NCBI GenBank assembly: GCA_037447435.1
Contig: JBBIGR010000026.1
Location: 1 to 64,000, forward strand
Reading direction: 5' to 3'
DNA from: Fibrobacteria bacterium
GTDB lineage: Bacteria > Fibrobacterota > Chitinivibrionia > Chitinivibrionales > FEN-1185
Length of the DNA stretch: 64,000 nt
The notes under the pieces were generated by a model. The model worked only from the letters and a program-made list of their open reading frames with translations. It did no database searches and had not been told where the DNA came from. The stretch's first letter is position 1, and each line of letters opens with the position of its first letter. A program made the translations under genes and the position numbers. Of this stretch, positions 20,766-31,138 are shown piece by piece.

Positions 20766-21264
20766 ATGCCCAAGCATGCGGCCGAATCATTTTGGCGGCC
20801 TGCGGAGTGCATCAAACGCGAATCCCGATATATGCCTCTCGATTCTATTGTCAATGTCCGTTTCATTAAAGTGAGCAATGAAGGTGCGATGCCGGCGGGC
20901 GGCAAATTTGCAATACGCGACTTGCGGGTTTTTGGAAATGGAAATTGCGGTCCTCCACCCGGTGTTGCGTCGTTCACGGTTTCTTGGAGTGCATCGGACA
21001 AAAGAATGGCAACTATAAGTTGGCCGAAAGCAGCCAATGTCGATGGATATATTCTGCCGGATTCAATCTACTAAATTCTATACCGTTATTGGTAATCGGT
21101 TTAGTGTACCCGCGGACATTTCCGGAAAAACCGTTTCAAAAGTATATGACAGTTCCGGGAAGCTTATTTACAGCGGGGTTGCCAATAATGGATTTATCGA
21201 TATCTCAGGAAATAATAAAAAAATCAACTGCGTGTTGTTCTTAAGCTTTTCGCCGAAACGTTAA
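20766..21264 (+). pseudogene. Gene remnant: F5/8-type plus FN3 fragment (as in C-termini of GH43 proteins) and, in another frame, a T9SS-like tail
   Basis: RFIKVSNEGAMPAGGKFAIRDLRVFGNG...ATISWPKAANVDGY, then VYDSSGKLIY in a different frame. No signal peptide or catalytic domain. Confidence 0.55.
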
Positions 21265-21440
21265 TATCGATTGATTGCCTGCCCTTTAATTTTCTTCTAA
21301 CTCGAAGTTGGAATTGCCGGAATAGGAGATTCCTTATGCAATTATTGGGCACAAAATAATTTTAAAAAAATAAGTAACTAATATTAATTAATGTATAATA
21401 CAATGAAAATAAACAAGATATAAAAGATAATAATATGAAA

Positions 21441-21459
21441 TGGGCACAAAATGTGCCCG
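21441..21459. promoter_or_regulatory. Motif-B palindrome TGGGCACA-AAA-TGTGCCCG upstream of TIGR02147 gene 2
   Basis: Near-perfect inverted repeat; a second copy of TGGGCACAAAAT at 21346-21357; TATATT at 21510. Confidence 0.65.
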
Positions 21460-21543
21460 GAAAAAATGTCATTATGCAAAAATTATCTCGTTATAAAGAA
21501 GGTTCTGTTTATATTACTATGAATACTCATTCGGGAGCCTTTT

Positions 21544-22392
21544 ATGGCAAATAAGAAATTGAACATTTATACTTACAACGATTTCAGAACGTATTTGGCC
21601 GATTATTTCGAAAATCGGCGACAGCAAATGAGATCGTTTTCAATTCGCTATTTTGCCCAAAAAGCCGGTATTGCTTCCCATAGTTTTATTTCTGCGGTCA
21701 TTAAAGGGAAAAGGAACCTGACTCCAGATGTCAAACAAAAATTCGCGCAGGGTTTAGGATTTGATCAAAACGAGCTTCGGTATTTTAATTTGCTCGTCGA
21801 TTTTAACCAGGCAAAACTTTCCCAGGAAAAACAAGATCTTTTTGAACAACTTAATGGTTTGCGGCGAAATACGTCTTTTTACAAATTGAATAAAGCCCAT
21901 TATGAATACATGGCGAAATGGTATCATTTCGTCATACGCGAACTTGCGGTATACGCCCCATGGAACGGCGACTACAATCGCCTCGCATCAATAGTGTTGC
22001 CCCGGATTTCCGAATCGGAAGCCAAGGCTGCCGTAAAATTGCTTATGGAAATAGGCGTTCTGTATCGCAAAGACGATGGACATTATTGTCAAACCGATAA
22101 AATCGTTTCAACGCAGGACATTCCGGGACATCTTGTCAAACAGGCCCGCAGGCAGTTTATCGAACTTTCGGTACGCGCATCTGATGAAATAAATCCGAAC
22201 GTGCGGAATTTAGGCTCTACAACGTTGACTTTAACCAAGAAGAATTATTCCAAAGCGGTTGAAATTATGGAAGAAGCACGACGAAAGCTTATCGTGTTAT
22301 CTCAAGACGAGACATCGGTCGACCGGGTTTATCAGGCGCATTTGCATCTGTTTCCATTAAGTAAAGAAATAGATTCTGCGGAGGAATCATGA
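21544..22392 (+). CDS. TIGR02147 family protein, paralog 2
   Basis: NIYTYNDFRTYLADYF, FSIRYFAQKAGIASHSFISAVIKGKRNLT, YMAKWYHFVIREL, RNLGSTTLTL, VYQAHLHLFPL. Confidence 0.9.
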   Translation: MANKKLNIYTYNDFRTYLADYFENRRQQMRSFSIRYFAQKAGIASHSFISAVIKGKRNLTPDVKQKFAQGLGFDQNELRYFNLLVDFNQAKLSQEKQDLFEQLNGLRRNTSFYKLNKAHYEYMAKWYHFVIRELAVYAPWNGDYNRLASIVLPRISESEAKAAVKLLMEIGVLYRKDDGHYCQTDKIVSTQDIPGHLVKQARRQFIELSVRASDEINPNVRNLGSTTLTLTKKNYSKAVEIMEEARRKLIVLSQDETSVDRVYQAHLHLFPLSKEIDSAEES

Positions 22393-24050
22393 AACGACAT
22401 GCCTTTTTCTTTGCGGCCCTGGTAACGGTATGCCTGTGCATGCTGCGCTGTTCAACAGGTAAATTGGCGGGTGCAACAGACATGCCCAATGAACAAACCA
22501 CGATAACCGCCGGCATTCTCTACGGACCCGACAGACCGGCTTCCGGGGTGACCATAATGGTCGTTCCTTCCGAATATCTTGCGCCAATTCCGGGAAACCT
22601 CGGCAAGACGCAGCGTTTTATTGCGAGAACAACAACCGACGAATCGGGAAATTTTTACGTGGATTCCCTTGATAACGGCGATTACGTCATTGAGGCGAAC
22701 GATGAAAAAAGCGCGGCGTGCGTCATACGGTGCCAAATTGACAATGGAATAAAAAACAGGAAACTCGGCGTCTTTACGATTAAGCCTTTTGGGGCAATCG
22801 CGGGGAAAATCGACACCGCGGGAGGTTCGGGAATTACGCGGTATGTTCAAATTTTCGGCTTAAACAGAGTTGCTTTGGTCAAAGCCGACGGAACATTTGG
22901 TTTCGACAGCATTCCGGCCGACACGTTCACACTGCGGATTACCTGCCTCGATTCGACGAAATTACCGGTTTTGTATTCGACAGTGCAGACCCGCGCCGGG
23001 GAAACCGTTCCCGATTATCCGGGATTAAATCTCTCCAAACAGGTGTTTCTCAATACCACGGTCGGCGGGGCAAATGTGCCGGCAAACGTTTATAATTTTC
23101 CCGTGCTCGTTCGCTTAACAAACAGCAATTTTATGTTTAACAGGGCGCAACCCAAAGGGCAGGACTTGAGAATAATAAAATCGAACGGAACTTTGCTTCC
23201 CTTTGAAATAGAACAATGGGACAGTGCTGCCGGGCTTGCCGAGATTTGGGTGAAAGTCGATACCGTGTTTGGAAATAATAATTCGCAAAATTTCTGGTTG
23301 TTTTGGGGAGCGGGTACGGCCGGTACGGTGCACGCCTCATTGTCCAACGGCGCAACGGTATTCGATACGGCAAACGGATTTCAGGGTGTTTGGCATATGG
23401 GACAAACAACCGGCTCGGTTGTCAACGACGCAACGGTCAATCATTTCGATGCCACTCCTTCGGATACGGCTCCTGTTTCGGTTGCGGGCGTCGTTGGGGC
23501 TGCCGCGCAATTCGACGGGGTTTCAAGCTTTTTGACCATGAAAGCAACGGCATCCGGAAAATTGAATTTTCCCGAGCAAGGAATCTATATGGTTTCCGCA
23601 TGGGTAATGGCCGATACATTGAAAACCGGCGACAATTTACAGCGTCAATATATCCTGCAAAAAGGCAACAATCAGTATACGCTGCAATTGAGTAATTCGC
23701 AAAACTGGGATTTTGGCGAATACGAAAGTGCAAATAGATGGAGTTATACTGCAAGCCCGGGTACTGCCCATGTGTGGTCGCATATTGCCGCGGTCAGGAT
23801 AAACAGTAAAATGTACTTGTATGTCAACGGCATTTGCGCGGACAGCACCGTGAAATTCATTCCGCTTACCGAAGCGCGCAGTACCGATGCCGATTTGGTT
23901 ATCGGAAAGCACGCAGGAGCGGCTTTTACCTCCTATTTTGCCGGTAAAGTGGATGAAGTACGCATTGAAAACAGTGCGGTGGGGGCCGATTGGATCCGAT
24001 TGTGTTATATGAACCAAAGGATCGACGATAAGCTTACTCAAATAAAGTAA
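22389..24050 (+). CDS. Lipoprotein with carboxypeptidase-regulatory-like, DUF2341 and LamG/concanavalin-A lectin-like domains (partner of TIGR02147 gene 2)
   Basis: ATGA overlap; Cys-containing lipobox region (CMLRC); NFPVLVRL...GQDLR...FEIEQWD...IWVKV; WSHIAAV...LYVNG...YFAGKVDEVRI. Confidence 0.8.
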   Translation: MKRHAFFFAALVTVCLCMLRCSTGKLAGATDMPNEQTTITAGILYGPDRPASGVTIMVVPSEYLAPIPGNLGKTQRFIARTTTDESGNFYVDSLDNGDYVIEANDEKSAACVIRCQIDNGIKNRKLGVFTIKPFGAIAGKIDTAGGSGITRYVQIFGLNRVALVKADGTFGFDSIPADTFTLRITCLDSTKLPVLYSTVQTRAGETVPDYPGLNLSKQVFLNTTVGGANVPANVYNFPVLVRLTNSNFMFNRAQPKGQDLRIIKSNGTLLPFEIEQWDSAAGLAEIWVKVDTVFGNNNSQNFWLFWGAGTAGTVHASLSNGATVFDTANGFQGVWHMGQTTGSVVNDATVNHFDATPSDTAPVSVAGVVGAAAQFDGVSSFLTMKATASGKLNFPEQGIYMVSAWVMADTLKTGDNLQRQYILQKGNNQYTLQLSNSQNWDFGEYESANRWSYTASPGTAHVWSHIAAVRINSKMYLYVNGICADSTVKFIPLTEARSTDADLVIGKHAGAAFTSYFAGKVDEVRIENSAVGADWIRLCYMNQRIDDKLTQIK

Positions 24051-24102
24051 ATCGCTGTTCATAATGAATATTTGTAAACTTCATGCCCTATAAGGAGGCA
24101 TT

Positions 24103-26517
24103 ATGAAGCCGGAATACCGTATTGTCTTTTCAATGAAAAAAAACGCTCATTCAATCGGTTTGGTTCTTTTTACGGCATTAACGCTTTCGTATGCCGCTCC
24201 GACGGCATTTCGCGTGCGCGCTCCGGACAGCGTATGGACAAAAGCGCATATGCCGGTATTTACATGGGATGCCAGTGCCGGTGCGGATCAATATGAGCTT
24301 TGGATCGACGGAGTCAGGAGCGTACAAGGTATTACGAAGACCAACCAGACTGCGACGCAAAATCTTTCCGACGGAAGACATGTATGGTTTGTTAAGGCAA
24401 TCGGCGGCGGAGTTGCCCAAAGCAGCGTTGACACCGCATCCTTCAATATCGGATCTGCCCCGGCACATCTGTGGGACTATACCGACGGTTTCGAAAGAGG
24501 CGATTTGGGCGATTACGTGTCCGACGGCATTGCAATATCCAATACCGGGATAAACGGCGCAAAATCGGCTTCATATCAAACAACGTCTTCAACCGCAATG
24601 CATTATGCGTTCAATCCGGTATTTACCAATACGCAAGAAGCGGAAGCGTCGGTGCTGTTTAGTCTCGATGATGCGAATGCCGATGTGGGCGTCGGCTTTG
24701 CGGAGGAAAACGGCGTGTGGTGTTATGCGATGATAGACAGAGTAAATAAAAGCATCAATATAGAACGTCGTGCATCCTATCCGATCGGCCCGCACACGCA
24801 ATCCGGTTTTACTCGGTCAAACTGGACCGAACGTCAGGAAAACGGCTTTTATATTTGGTGTTCCGATACGCAACCAATGCCGCCGCTATCGCAGGCGACA
24901 ACGTATCGTTTGAAATTTCAAATGTCGAACCGGTTACCCTCTATGGGAAAAGCCGCTCAGGCGATCGTTGAAAAAGCAGACGGTACGGTGCTGTGTTCGG
25001 TCCGAAGCTTCCTTGATGATGTTTTTGCGCCGCATCCGTTGTTTATCATTAAAGGCGGTAACGCCCGCGTGGATGATTTCCGTTTTCAACTTCTTGACAG
25101 GTGGTCATACAATTGGAAGCCGCATCAGGGGCCGATCAATCCGGCCTGGAGCGGGTTCAATCCTGCCGTCTGGCGAGATGCAAACAAAAAATGGTGGATG
25201 ACTTCGAGAACCGACAACAAGATACGCTGGAGTACCGATGGAGTCAACTGGTCGACTCAGACCGCCAATGCGCCGCCGGTATCCATTATGGACCCTGCCG
25301 TTCTCGGCATGAACGGCACGCCGTTTAACGACGGGAGAACATACCTTGCTTCATGCAACGGTTGTTGCAGTGCGCCGGTCGAAATTTTTTACGCGACCGA
25401 TCCGGCAACCGGCAACTGGACAAAATGGGGAGAACATGCGGGGCTTCCCGATTGCGGTCGGGAACATGTTTTTTTCGACACGAAAGATTGGCCCACGCTT
25501 GCCCCTATTTCCTACAACGGGACAAATTACCGGTTTCTCAGTATTCTCGAAGGCGATGTCGGGCATGGCGGCAGCACGATGATTAAATTGTCGAACGACG
25601 AAGTGAATTACACGAAAATCGAATGTGCCGATTTATACGGAAACGCCGCAAATAATCCGTTACAATTAAAAAACCTCTGGATGGAAGAATGCCTGAATTC
25701 GGCAACAAGCTGCGCTATGGCACTCGACAGCAATATCCGGGTTATGGGCTTTAAAGACGGTATGCGTTATGAAAAAGCAATTCCGCAGGAAATAATGCTC
25801 GATGGAAAACAACCCTGGAAAGTAAAGGCGTTTCAAACCATACCCGGCTTTCCCTATTATTGGGGGGATTGGCATAAGGTAAGAGATAAAGCCGGTGCTT
25901 CTTGGTATGGCGGCAAATACGAATGGCCTTCTTGCTTTGTCTGGGTGCCGGAAGAAAAACAAGTTTATTGCTATTGGGGCGAAGAGAATACGATAAACCT
26001 GTCCACTGCACTTGTCGTACCGGAGTTCGCGTGCGCGTCACTGTCGACCGATACCTCGACAATCGACCCAACTTCCCAGTTCCGCGTCACTGCGACATTA
26101 TGGAATTTCGGCGATGAAGCGGGTAATGATACGGTCAAACTGCTCAGCGACGGGGCACTGGTAGACACGCGTGTGTTGCATCTCAATGCAAATACCGATT
26201 CGACCATTGTGTTCAGTTTAACGGCAATGTCGGGCGGCGTTCATGTACTGGCAATTGACAATCGTAAAACAAGCGTGTTTGTGACGGGTTCGTCGGCAGT
26301 GGCGAAGTCGGGTATTGTTTCCATGCCTGCATTTAAACCGAATCTTCCGTATTCGATCAGAATATTCGACTTGTTGGGAAAAAACGTACGCACGATACTT
26401 TCGGATCGTGATGAAATTAATTCGGTAACGCTCTTACAGCGGTACGCTCACGGTGTTTATGTGGCAAATATCTATCGGAACGGAATATTGACAAAGAAAC
26501 AAGTACTGCTTCGGTGA
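24103..26517 (+). CDS. Secreted multidomain protein, possible five-bladed beta-propeller glycosidase, with CARDB-like domain and T9SS-like tail
   Basis: Signal peptide; FNPAVWRD...WSTDGVNW...MDPAV propeller-type motifs; VTATLWNFGDEAG CARDB-like; IFDLLGKNVR tail. Confidence 0.5.
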   Translation: MKPEYRIVFSMKKNAHSIGLVLFTALTLSYAAPTAFRVRAPDSVWTKAHMPVFTWDASAGADQYELWIDGVRSVQGITKTNQTATQNLSDGRHVWFVKAIGGGVAQSSVDTASFNIGSAPAHLWDYTDGFERGDLGDYVSDGIAISNTGINGAKSASYQTTSSTAMHYAFNPVFTNTQEAEASVLFSLDDANADVGVGFAEENGVWCYAMIDRVNKSINIERRASYPIGPHTQSGFTRSNWTERQENGFYIWCSDTQPMPPLSQATTYRLKFQMSNRLPSMGKAAQAIVEKADGTVLCSVRSFLDDVFAPHPLFIIKGGNARVDDFRFQLLDRWSYNWKPHQGPINPAWSGFNPAVWRDANKKWWMTSRTDNKIRWSTDGVNWSTQTANAPPVSIMDPAVLGMNGTPFNDGRTYLASCNGCCSAPVEIFYATDPATGNWTKWGEHAGLPDCGREHVFFDTKDWPTLAPISYNGTNYRFLSILEGDVGHGGSTMIKLSNDEVNYTKIECADLYGNAANNPLQLKNLWMEECLNSATSCAMALDSNIRVMGFKDGMRYEKAIPQEIMLDGKQPWKVKAFQTIPGFPYYWGDWHKVRDKAGASWYGGKYEWPSCFVWVPEEKQVYCYWGEENTINLSTALVVPEFACASLSTDTSTIDPTSQFRVTATLWNFGDEAGNDTVKLLSDGALVDTRVLHLNANTDSTIVFSLTAMSGGVHVLAIDNRKTSVFVTGSSAVAKSGIVSMPAFKPNLPYSIRIFDLLGKNVRTILSDRDEINSVTLLQRYAHGVYVANIYRNGILTKKQVLLR

Positions 26518-26771
26518 ATATACCGATATGGTGCCGCGAACCCAGGATTGGTACTATATGGCGAGGCTTTCGTATTATTTCTAAACCTTTGCTTGCCGTT
26601 TTGCTTTTGCTTCGAAGGAAAATCGCTCAATGAACAAATCCAGTCTCGTTTAATTTTATATAATCCCCTTAAATTAGCTAAATTAAACGGTAAAGTCTTT
26701 TACCGGAATTTGCGTTCAATTTTATAAAAAGATCTGGGGTTTTTGCATCCTATGCATGGGATAATTACAGT

Positions 26772-27290
26772 ATGAATGCGAACAGCTTTGTGAAGCTTTT
26801 AATAATCCTTTTTTTCAATATTTCGGGAGTGGCACAGCAAATTACGGTAGAAGATTTTGTAAAAAAATCCGACGTGAAACCGGCCATCGGGACCAGGGGT
26901 AGTCTTAAAAATACGAAAGTAGCTCCTGTCAACAAACACATTCGTGCAATACCGTGCATCGACAATAACGTTTTACGGCTTAGTATAGAAAACAAGGTGT
27001 CGTTCGTTCGGGTGACTCGAATCAATTTGCTGGGTAGGGCAATTGGCCCTTTGTTTGAGGGATTTCTTGAAAAAGGCCGGCACGATTTAGACCTTTCGAC
27101 TTATAAAACCGCAGCAAGAGTTTACTTTTTATCGGTTAATATCAACGGCAAAGAAACGTTTTTAAAAGTAATGCCCGGTATTACGTTAGTATTAGTTGCC
27201 AAATCGCCTTTAGCTATGCGACAATATGAAAATAGCGAATTTTGTGATAAATTTTATTCAATAGACAACCATTCGGACAAAGGAGCTTAG
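26772..27290 (+). CDS. Small exported hypothetical protein made largely of a T9SS-CTD-like domain (possibly truncated)
   Basis: Signal peptide; INLLGRAI...LEKGRH...VYFLSVNINGK. Stops 1 nt before the next start. Confidence 0.45.
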   Translation: MNANSFVKLLIILFFNISGVAQQITVEDFVKKSDVKPAIGTRGSLKNTKVAPVNKHIRAIPCIDNNVLRLSIENKVSFVRVTRINLLGRAIGPLFEGFLEKGRHDLDLSTYKTAARVYFLSVNINGKETFLKVMPGITLVLVAKSPLAMRQYENSEFCDKFYSIDNHSDKGA

Positions 27291-27291
27291 T

Positions 27292-28785
27292 ATGGTACAC
27301 AGCGCTTGTAAAACAATCAGGAAAATCGCGGTCGTCGGCGTCATATCACTATGCTTTTTTGCATCCGCGTGGGCTGCAAGCGGTCCCGGTGATGTCGTGG
27401 GCAAGATTACCGTCGGGTATCAGGGCTGGTTTGCCTGTCAGGGAGACGGCGCTCCCATAAACGGGTGGTGGCATTATACCCAGAATTGGGGGGCTGCTCC
27501 GTCGCCGACCAATCAGGGAATAAAATCATGGCCCGACATGCGGGAATACACAAAGAGCTATCAGACGGGGTATGCAAATCTCGGTAATGGACAGCCGGCG
27601 AAACTTTTTTCCTCATACGATCAGTCTACGGTTAATCTCCATTTCTTCTGGATGCATCAATATGGGATAGACTGTGCCGCATTGCAACGGTTCAACCCGT
27701 TCGGCGGCGAAGGACCCACGCGGGATTCGATGGCAAACAAAGTGAGAATAGCTGCGGAAGCCTATGGGGTAAAGTTTTACATCATGTACGACATAACCGG
27801 CTGGACGACCATGCAAGCCGATATAAAGACCGACTGGACAAATAAGATGTCGAAACTGACCGCATCGTCCATGTATGCCAAGCAGAACGACAAACCGGTG
27901 GTTTGCGTGTGGGGGCTTGCTTATAACGACGCAGGTCATCCGCAAACCGCCGCCGCCTGCATTGATATCGTGACGTGGCTAAAAAACCAGGGTTGCTACG
28001 TGATCGGCGGGACGCCGCGCGAATGGCGCACAAGAACCGACTTTCTCCCCATGTTGCACAGCCTCAATATGATTTCTCCTTGGTTAATCGGCGCCGTCGG
28101 GGACGTGGCCGGTTCGGACGGAATTTATACCAACTACTTTTTGCCCGATATTGCAGAATGCAATGCGAACGGCGTCGATTATCAGCCGTGCGTTTTGCCG
28201 GGCGACAATTCATTAAAGCAACGCGCGCACGGCGATTTTATGTGGCGAGAATTTTATAACGCCATCCGGGCGGGTTCCCAGGGCATTTACATCTCGATGT
28301 ACGACGAGTTCAACGAAGGGCATCAAATCTGCAAAACCGCGGAAGATGCCAGCATGATTCCGACCGGATCGAACTTTATCGGGTTGAGCCAGGAAGACGG
28401 GACCGTATGCTCATCCGATTATTATTTGCGCCTGACCGGAGACGGCGGTAAAATGCTGAAAAAGCAAATCGCATTGACCGCAACCCGACCGACACAACCC
28501 ACGGCCGCACTTGCGATAAAAAACGCCGACTGGGAAATGCAAGGTTTTAATAAAACGGTTTTATCGTTCGGCACTCATAAATCGCTTGTCTTGCCTGCAC
28601 GGTCGAGCGTCGTAACGGTTTACGATATGTGCGGGAAAATCGTTGCCAATATTCCTGTTGTCAATAATGTCGCGGCCTGGCACGGTACAAACTCGTATGG
28701 AAGGCCCGTATCGGCAGGCAGTTATGTCGCATGTGCGGTCGAGGGGAAAAACAGTATTGTAAAGACTTTTGTATTGGACCGATAG
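27292..28785 (+). CDS. GH71/GH99-like glycoside hydrolase with C-terminal FlgD-Ig/T9SS-like domain
   Basis: GYQGWF, WPDMREY, WMHQYGIDCAALQRF, FYIMYD, YISMYDEFNEG, SDYYLRLTG. Confidence 0.78.
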   Translation: MVHSACKTIRKIAVVGVISLCFFASAWAASGPGDVVGKITVGYQGWFACQGDGAPINGWWHYTQNWGAAPSPTNQGIKSWPDMREYTKSYQTGYANLGNGQPAKLFSSYDQSTVNLHFFWMHQYGIDCAALQRFNPFGGEGPTRDSMANKVRIAAEAYGVKFYIMYDITGWTTMQADIKTDWTNKMSKLTASSMYAKQNDKPVVCVWGLAYNDAGHPQTAAACIDIVTWLKNQGCYVIGGTPREWRTRTDFLPMLHSLNMISPWLIGAVGDVAGSDGIYTNYFLPDIAECNANGVDYQPCVLPGDNSLKQRAHGDFMWREFYNAIRAGSQGIYISMYDEFNEGHQICKTAEDASMIPTGSNFIGLSQEDGTVCSSDYYLRLTGDGGKMLKKQIALTATRPTQPTAALAIKNADWEMQGFNKTVLSFGTHKSLVLPARSSVVTVYDMCGKIVANIPVVNNVAAWHGTNSYGRPVSAGSYVACAVEGKNSIVKTFVLDR

Positions 28786-28837
28786 GGTGTTACGGACCGT
28801 TCGCTTTGGCGCTACAGTCAAGCGCTCAAATCCGTCT

Positions 28838-28867
28838 AAAACCTCGGTACTATACCGAGGTTTTTTT
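28838..28867. terminator. Bidirectional intrinsic terminator between convergent genes
   Basis: AAAACCTCGGTA-cta-TACCGAGGTTTT plus a T run. Confidence 0.8.
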
Positions 28868-30158
28868 ATTGTTTCAATACGTCGAGGCCGACACCGTTAA
28901 GGTAAAAATCGTCCAGATACAAATGGAGCGTATCGCCGATTGCATTGGTAAACCGGGAAAATTCGAATTCAACATCGATGATGTTTTTCGATTCCGTCGA
29001 CCACGGGTATTGTGATGCCGTCTGCAACGCCGGTAAAACCCGTAAGGAGTCTATGGGTATTTGCAAGTTTTGCCACGATGAAGTCAGGGTTATGGGGATC
29101 GTATAATCGGAAATACTTCTTGAAATACTGTCCAAAACTTTGGATTCGAATCGCACCCAGATTACCCCATTTCCCCGGACTTTAAGAGAAAAACTTTGCA
29201 TTGCCGACAAATCGATGCCGGTATTGACAAAAGGACGGAATGAAATGCCTGCCGTCGCGTAAGGCGCCGAATTGCAATTGCTGTCCAAAACGACGCTGAA
29301 CTCCATTGCCATTCCCGCTCCCGCGGCCCCAATGCCCGCAGTCACCGCGATAGAGGATTGGCACGACAGCGGCGGCGGATTCGTTGCCGAATGCAACGCC
29401 CAGGTCCAGGCATTGATTGTGTTATCCCATGACAATGTTCCCGATTCCGTAACCGCATACCAGTGTGCTTTACCGGGGAATATCGTTCCAAGCGACGTGG
29501 GGCCGACATTGGTTTCAAAATTGTCTAAAAGCATTCTGTCGGCGGCGCCATTCAGCGCGGTATCTGTTTTGACAATGCCGGATTCCAGGGTTATACCGCC
29601 GCAGGTGGTTATTGCAGGTGAAGATGATGACTTGTCGATTCCGAGCAATGCGTACGGTCCCGGGGCGACTTTACTGAAATTAAAAGACCCGTTTGCGGCC
29701 AATGCAGCCCGGTAGGCGGATCCGGCAAGAAACAGGCTGGAAAATGACGAAGCACCTTCGTGGAATGATCCGGCGTACGAGGCATATTGGTCGAGCCGCA
29801 GAGTATCGTTTTCGAGTTTTGCCCTTGTCTTGCCAGAGGCGAAATAGCCTTGGTCCGCATAGTCTATTTGCACGTTGACCGTGGCGTAATTGTCGTGTTT
29901 TCTCAGAGCGAAACGGCCGTCTTTATCCGCTACGGTGCTTTCGATAACCGCGGATGTTCCAAATTGCAAACTATCGAACCAGCCGTTCTCATCGATGATT
30001 CGGACCACGGCACCGCTTGCCGGCGTGCCGTTGGACAATACGGCATACGTATTGACCGTTTCCGTACCGCCGCCGCCGGTTGTCTGAGTTATTCCGCAAG
30101 ATAACAGGAATGCGATTAATACCGTTAGTACTGTTTTAGGCCGAAAGACAAGTATCAT
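28866..30158 (-). CDS. Lipoprotein with C-terminal CBM11/CIA30-like domain (partner of TIGR02147 gene 3)
   Basis: Lipobox FLLSC; LLDNFE...IDLSAMQSFSLKVRGNGVIWVRF...ITLTSSWQNL...LYLDDF, homologous to 11781..13022; ATGA overlap with the upstream gene. Confidence 0.75.
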   Translation of the reverse strand: MILVFRPKTVLTVLIAFLLSCGITQTTGGGGTETVNTYAVLSNGTPASGAVVRIIDENGWFDSLQFGTSAVIESTVADKDGRFALRKHDNYATVNVQIDYADQGYFASGKTRAKLENDTLRLDQYASYAGSFHEGASSFSSLFLAGSAYRAALAANGSFNFSKVAPGPYALLGIDKSSSSPAITTCGGITLESGIVKTDTALNGAADRMLLDNFETNVGPTSLGTIFPGKAHWYAVTESGTLSWDNTINAWTWALHSATNPPPLSCQSSIAVTAGIGAAGAGMAMEFSVVLDSNCNSAPYATAGISFRPFVNTGIDLSAMQSFSLKVRGNGVIWVRFESKVLDSISRSISDYTIPITLTSSWQNLQIPIDSLRVLPALQTASQYPWSTESKNIIDVEFEFSRFTNAIGDTLHLYLDDFYLNGVGLDVLKQ

Positions 30159-30991
30159 CGGCCCCCCCCGCCCGTTTTTTTATTACATGTTAAAGGAAAT
30201 ACCTGGAAGTTCAATTGATATACTTCCTCGGCATCGCCGTCCTTTTTCACCATTTCCATAATTTCGTGCCGGACTTCCGTCAATCTTTCCCGAATAGCCA
30301 CAAGGCAAGCGGCCGAGGTACTGAGGGTCAGCGTGGAAATATCGCGTTCCTCTTTGGGTATCCGTTCGATTGCCGACGCGGCGAGCTGACTCATTTCCCG
30401 TTGGAAGGCCCTGACTGCCATGGCGCGCGTCACGCCGTCGGAAGAAACGAATTGATCCGTGGCACGATATATCCCGTCTTTTTCCCGGACTACCATGCCG
30501 AGCTTTTCCAAAAGTTTCACCGAATTTTTTGCCTGCGCCGGAGTAATGGGCGGAAGCATTCGTGCCGCCAAATCGGAAAAATCACCTTTAAACGAAATTA
30601 CTTTTATCGCTTCCCACACCGCAACATTATGCCAGGAGGAGAAATATTCATAATTGTCTTTGTCTAGAGTTTTCGAAACCGGATTTCGCAACGCTAAAAG
30701 TTTTTCGAAATACAGCCGCTCCTGCTCCGGCCGTTTTGCCTTGTTGAAGCGGACAAGCGCCGCAAAATATTCGCCTTCACGTTTGTTTAGCTTCAGGAAT
30801 TCGATAAGTTTGGGAACCGCTGCTTCCGAAATGTGCTTCTGCTTGTTTAAAACTTTTACATAAAAACTCGCATCAAGCCCGGTTTTAAGAGAAATATACC
30901 GGAACGAAAAAAAACGCTGATTGTTTTTGCTGTCTTTATAATGATCCCGGAGATAATCCTGGTATTCCAGGTATTCGAAAATGTCTGTCAT
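30155..30991 (-). CDS. TIGR02147 family protein, paralog 3
   Basis: MTDIFEYLEYQDYLRDHY, FSFRYISLKTGLDASFYVKVL, YFSSWHNVAVWE, ERDISTLTLS, VYQLNFQVFPL; GGAG RBS before 30991. Confidence 0.9.
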   Translation of the reverse strand: MTDIFEYLEYQDYLRDHYKDSKNNQRFFSFRYISLKTGLDASFYVKVLNKQKHISEAAVPKLIEFLKLNKREGEYFAALVRFNKAKRPEQERLYFEKLLALRNPVSKTLDKDNYEYFSSWHNVAVWEAIKVISFKGDFSDLAARMLPPITPAQAKNSVKLLEKLGMVVREKDGIYRATDQFVSSDGVTRAMAVRAFQREMSQLAASAIERIPKEERDISTLTLSTSAACLVAIRERLTEVRHEIMEMVKKDGDAEEVYQLNFQVFPLTCNKKTGGGGR

Positions 30992-31138
30992 GGTTGTCTC
31001 CCAGGACGAATAACCGTTATTTTTTTGCCCATAGCCTTTTTGTGGAATAAAAACAAGCTTGGTTTGGCCACTTTCCTTATAGTATACGCTCAAACAGGCA
31101 AAAAATCATCATGATATGTGAAAGAACTCATTGTATCT

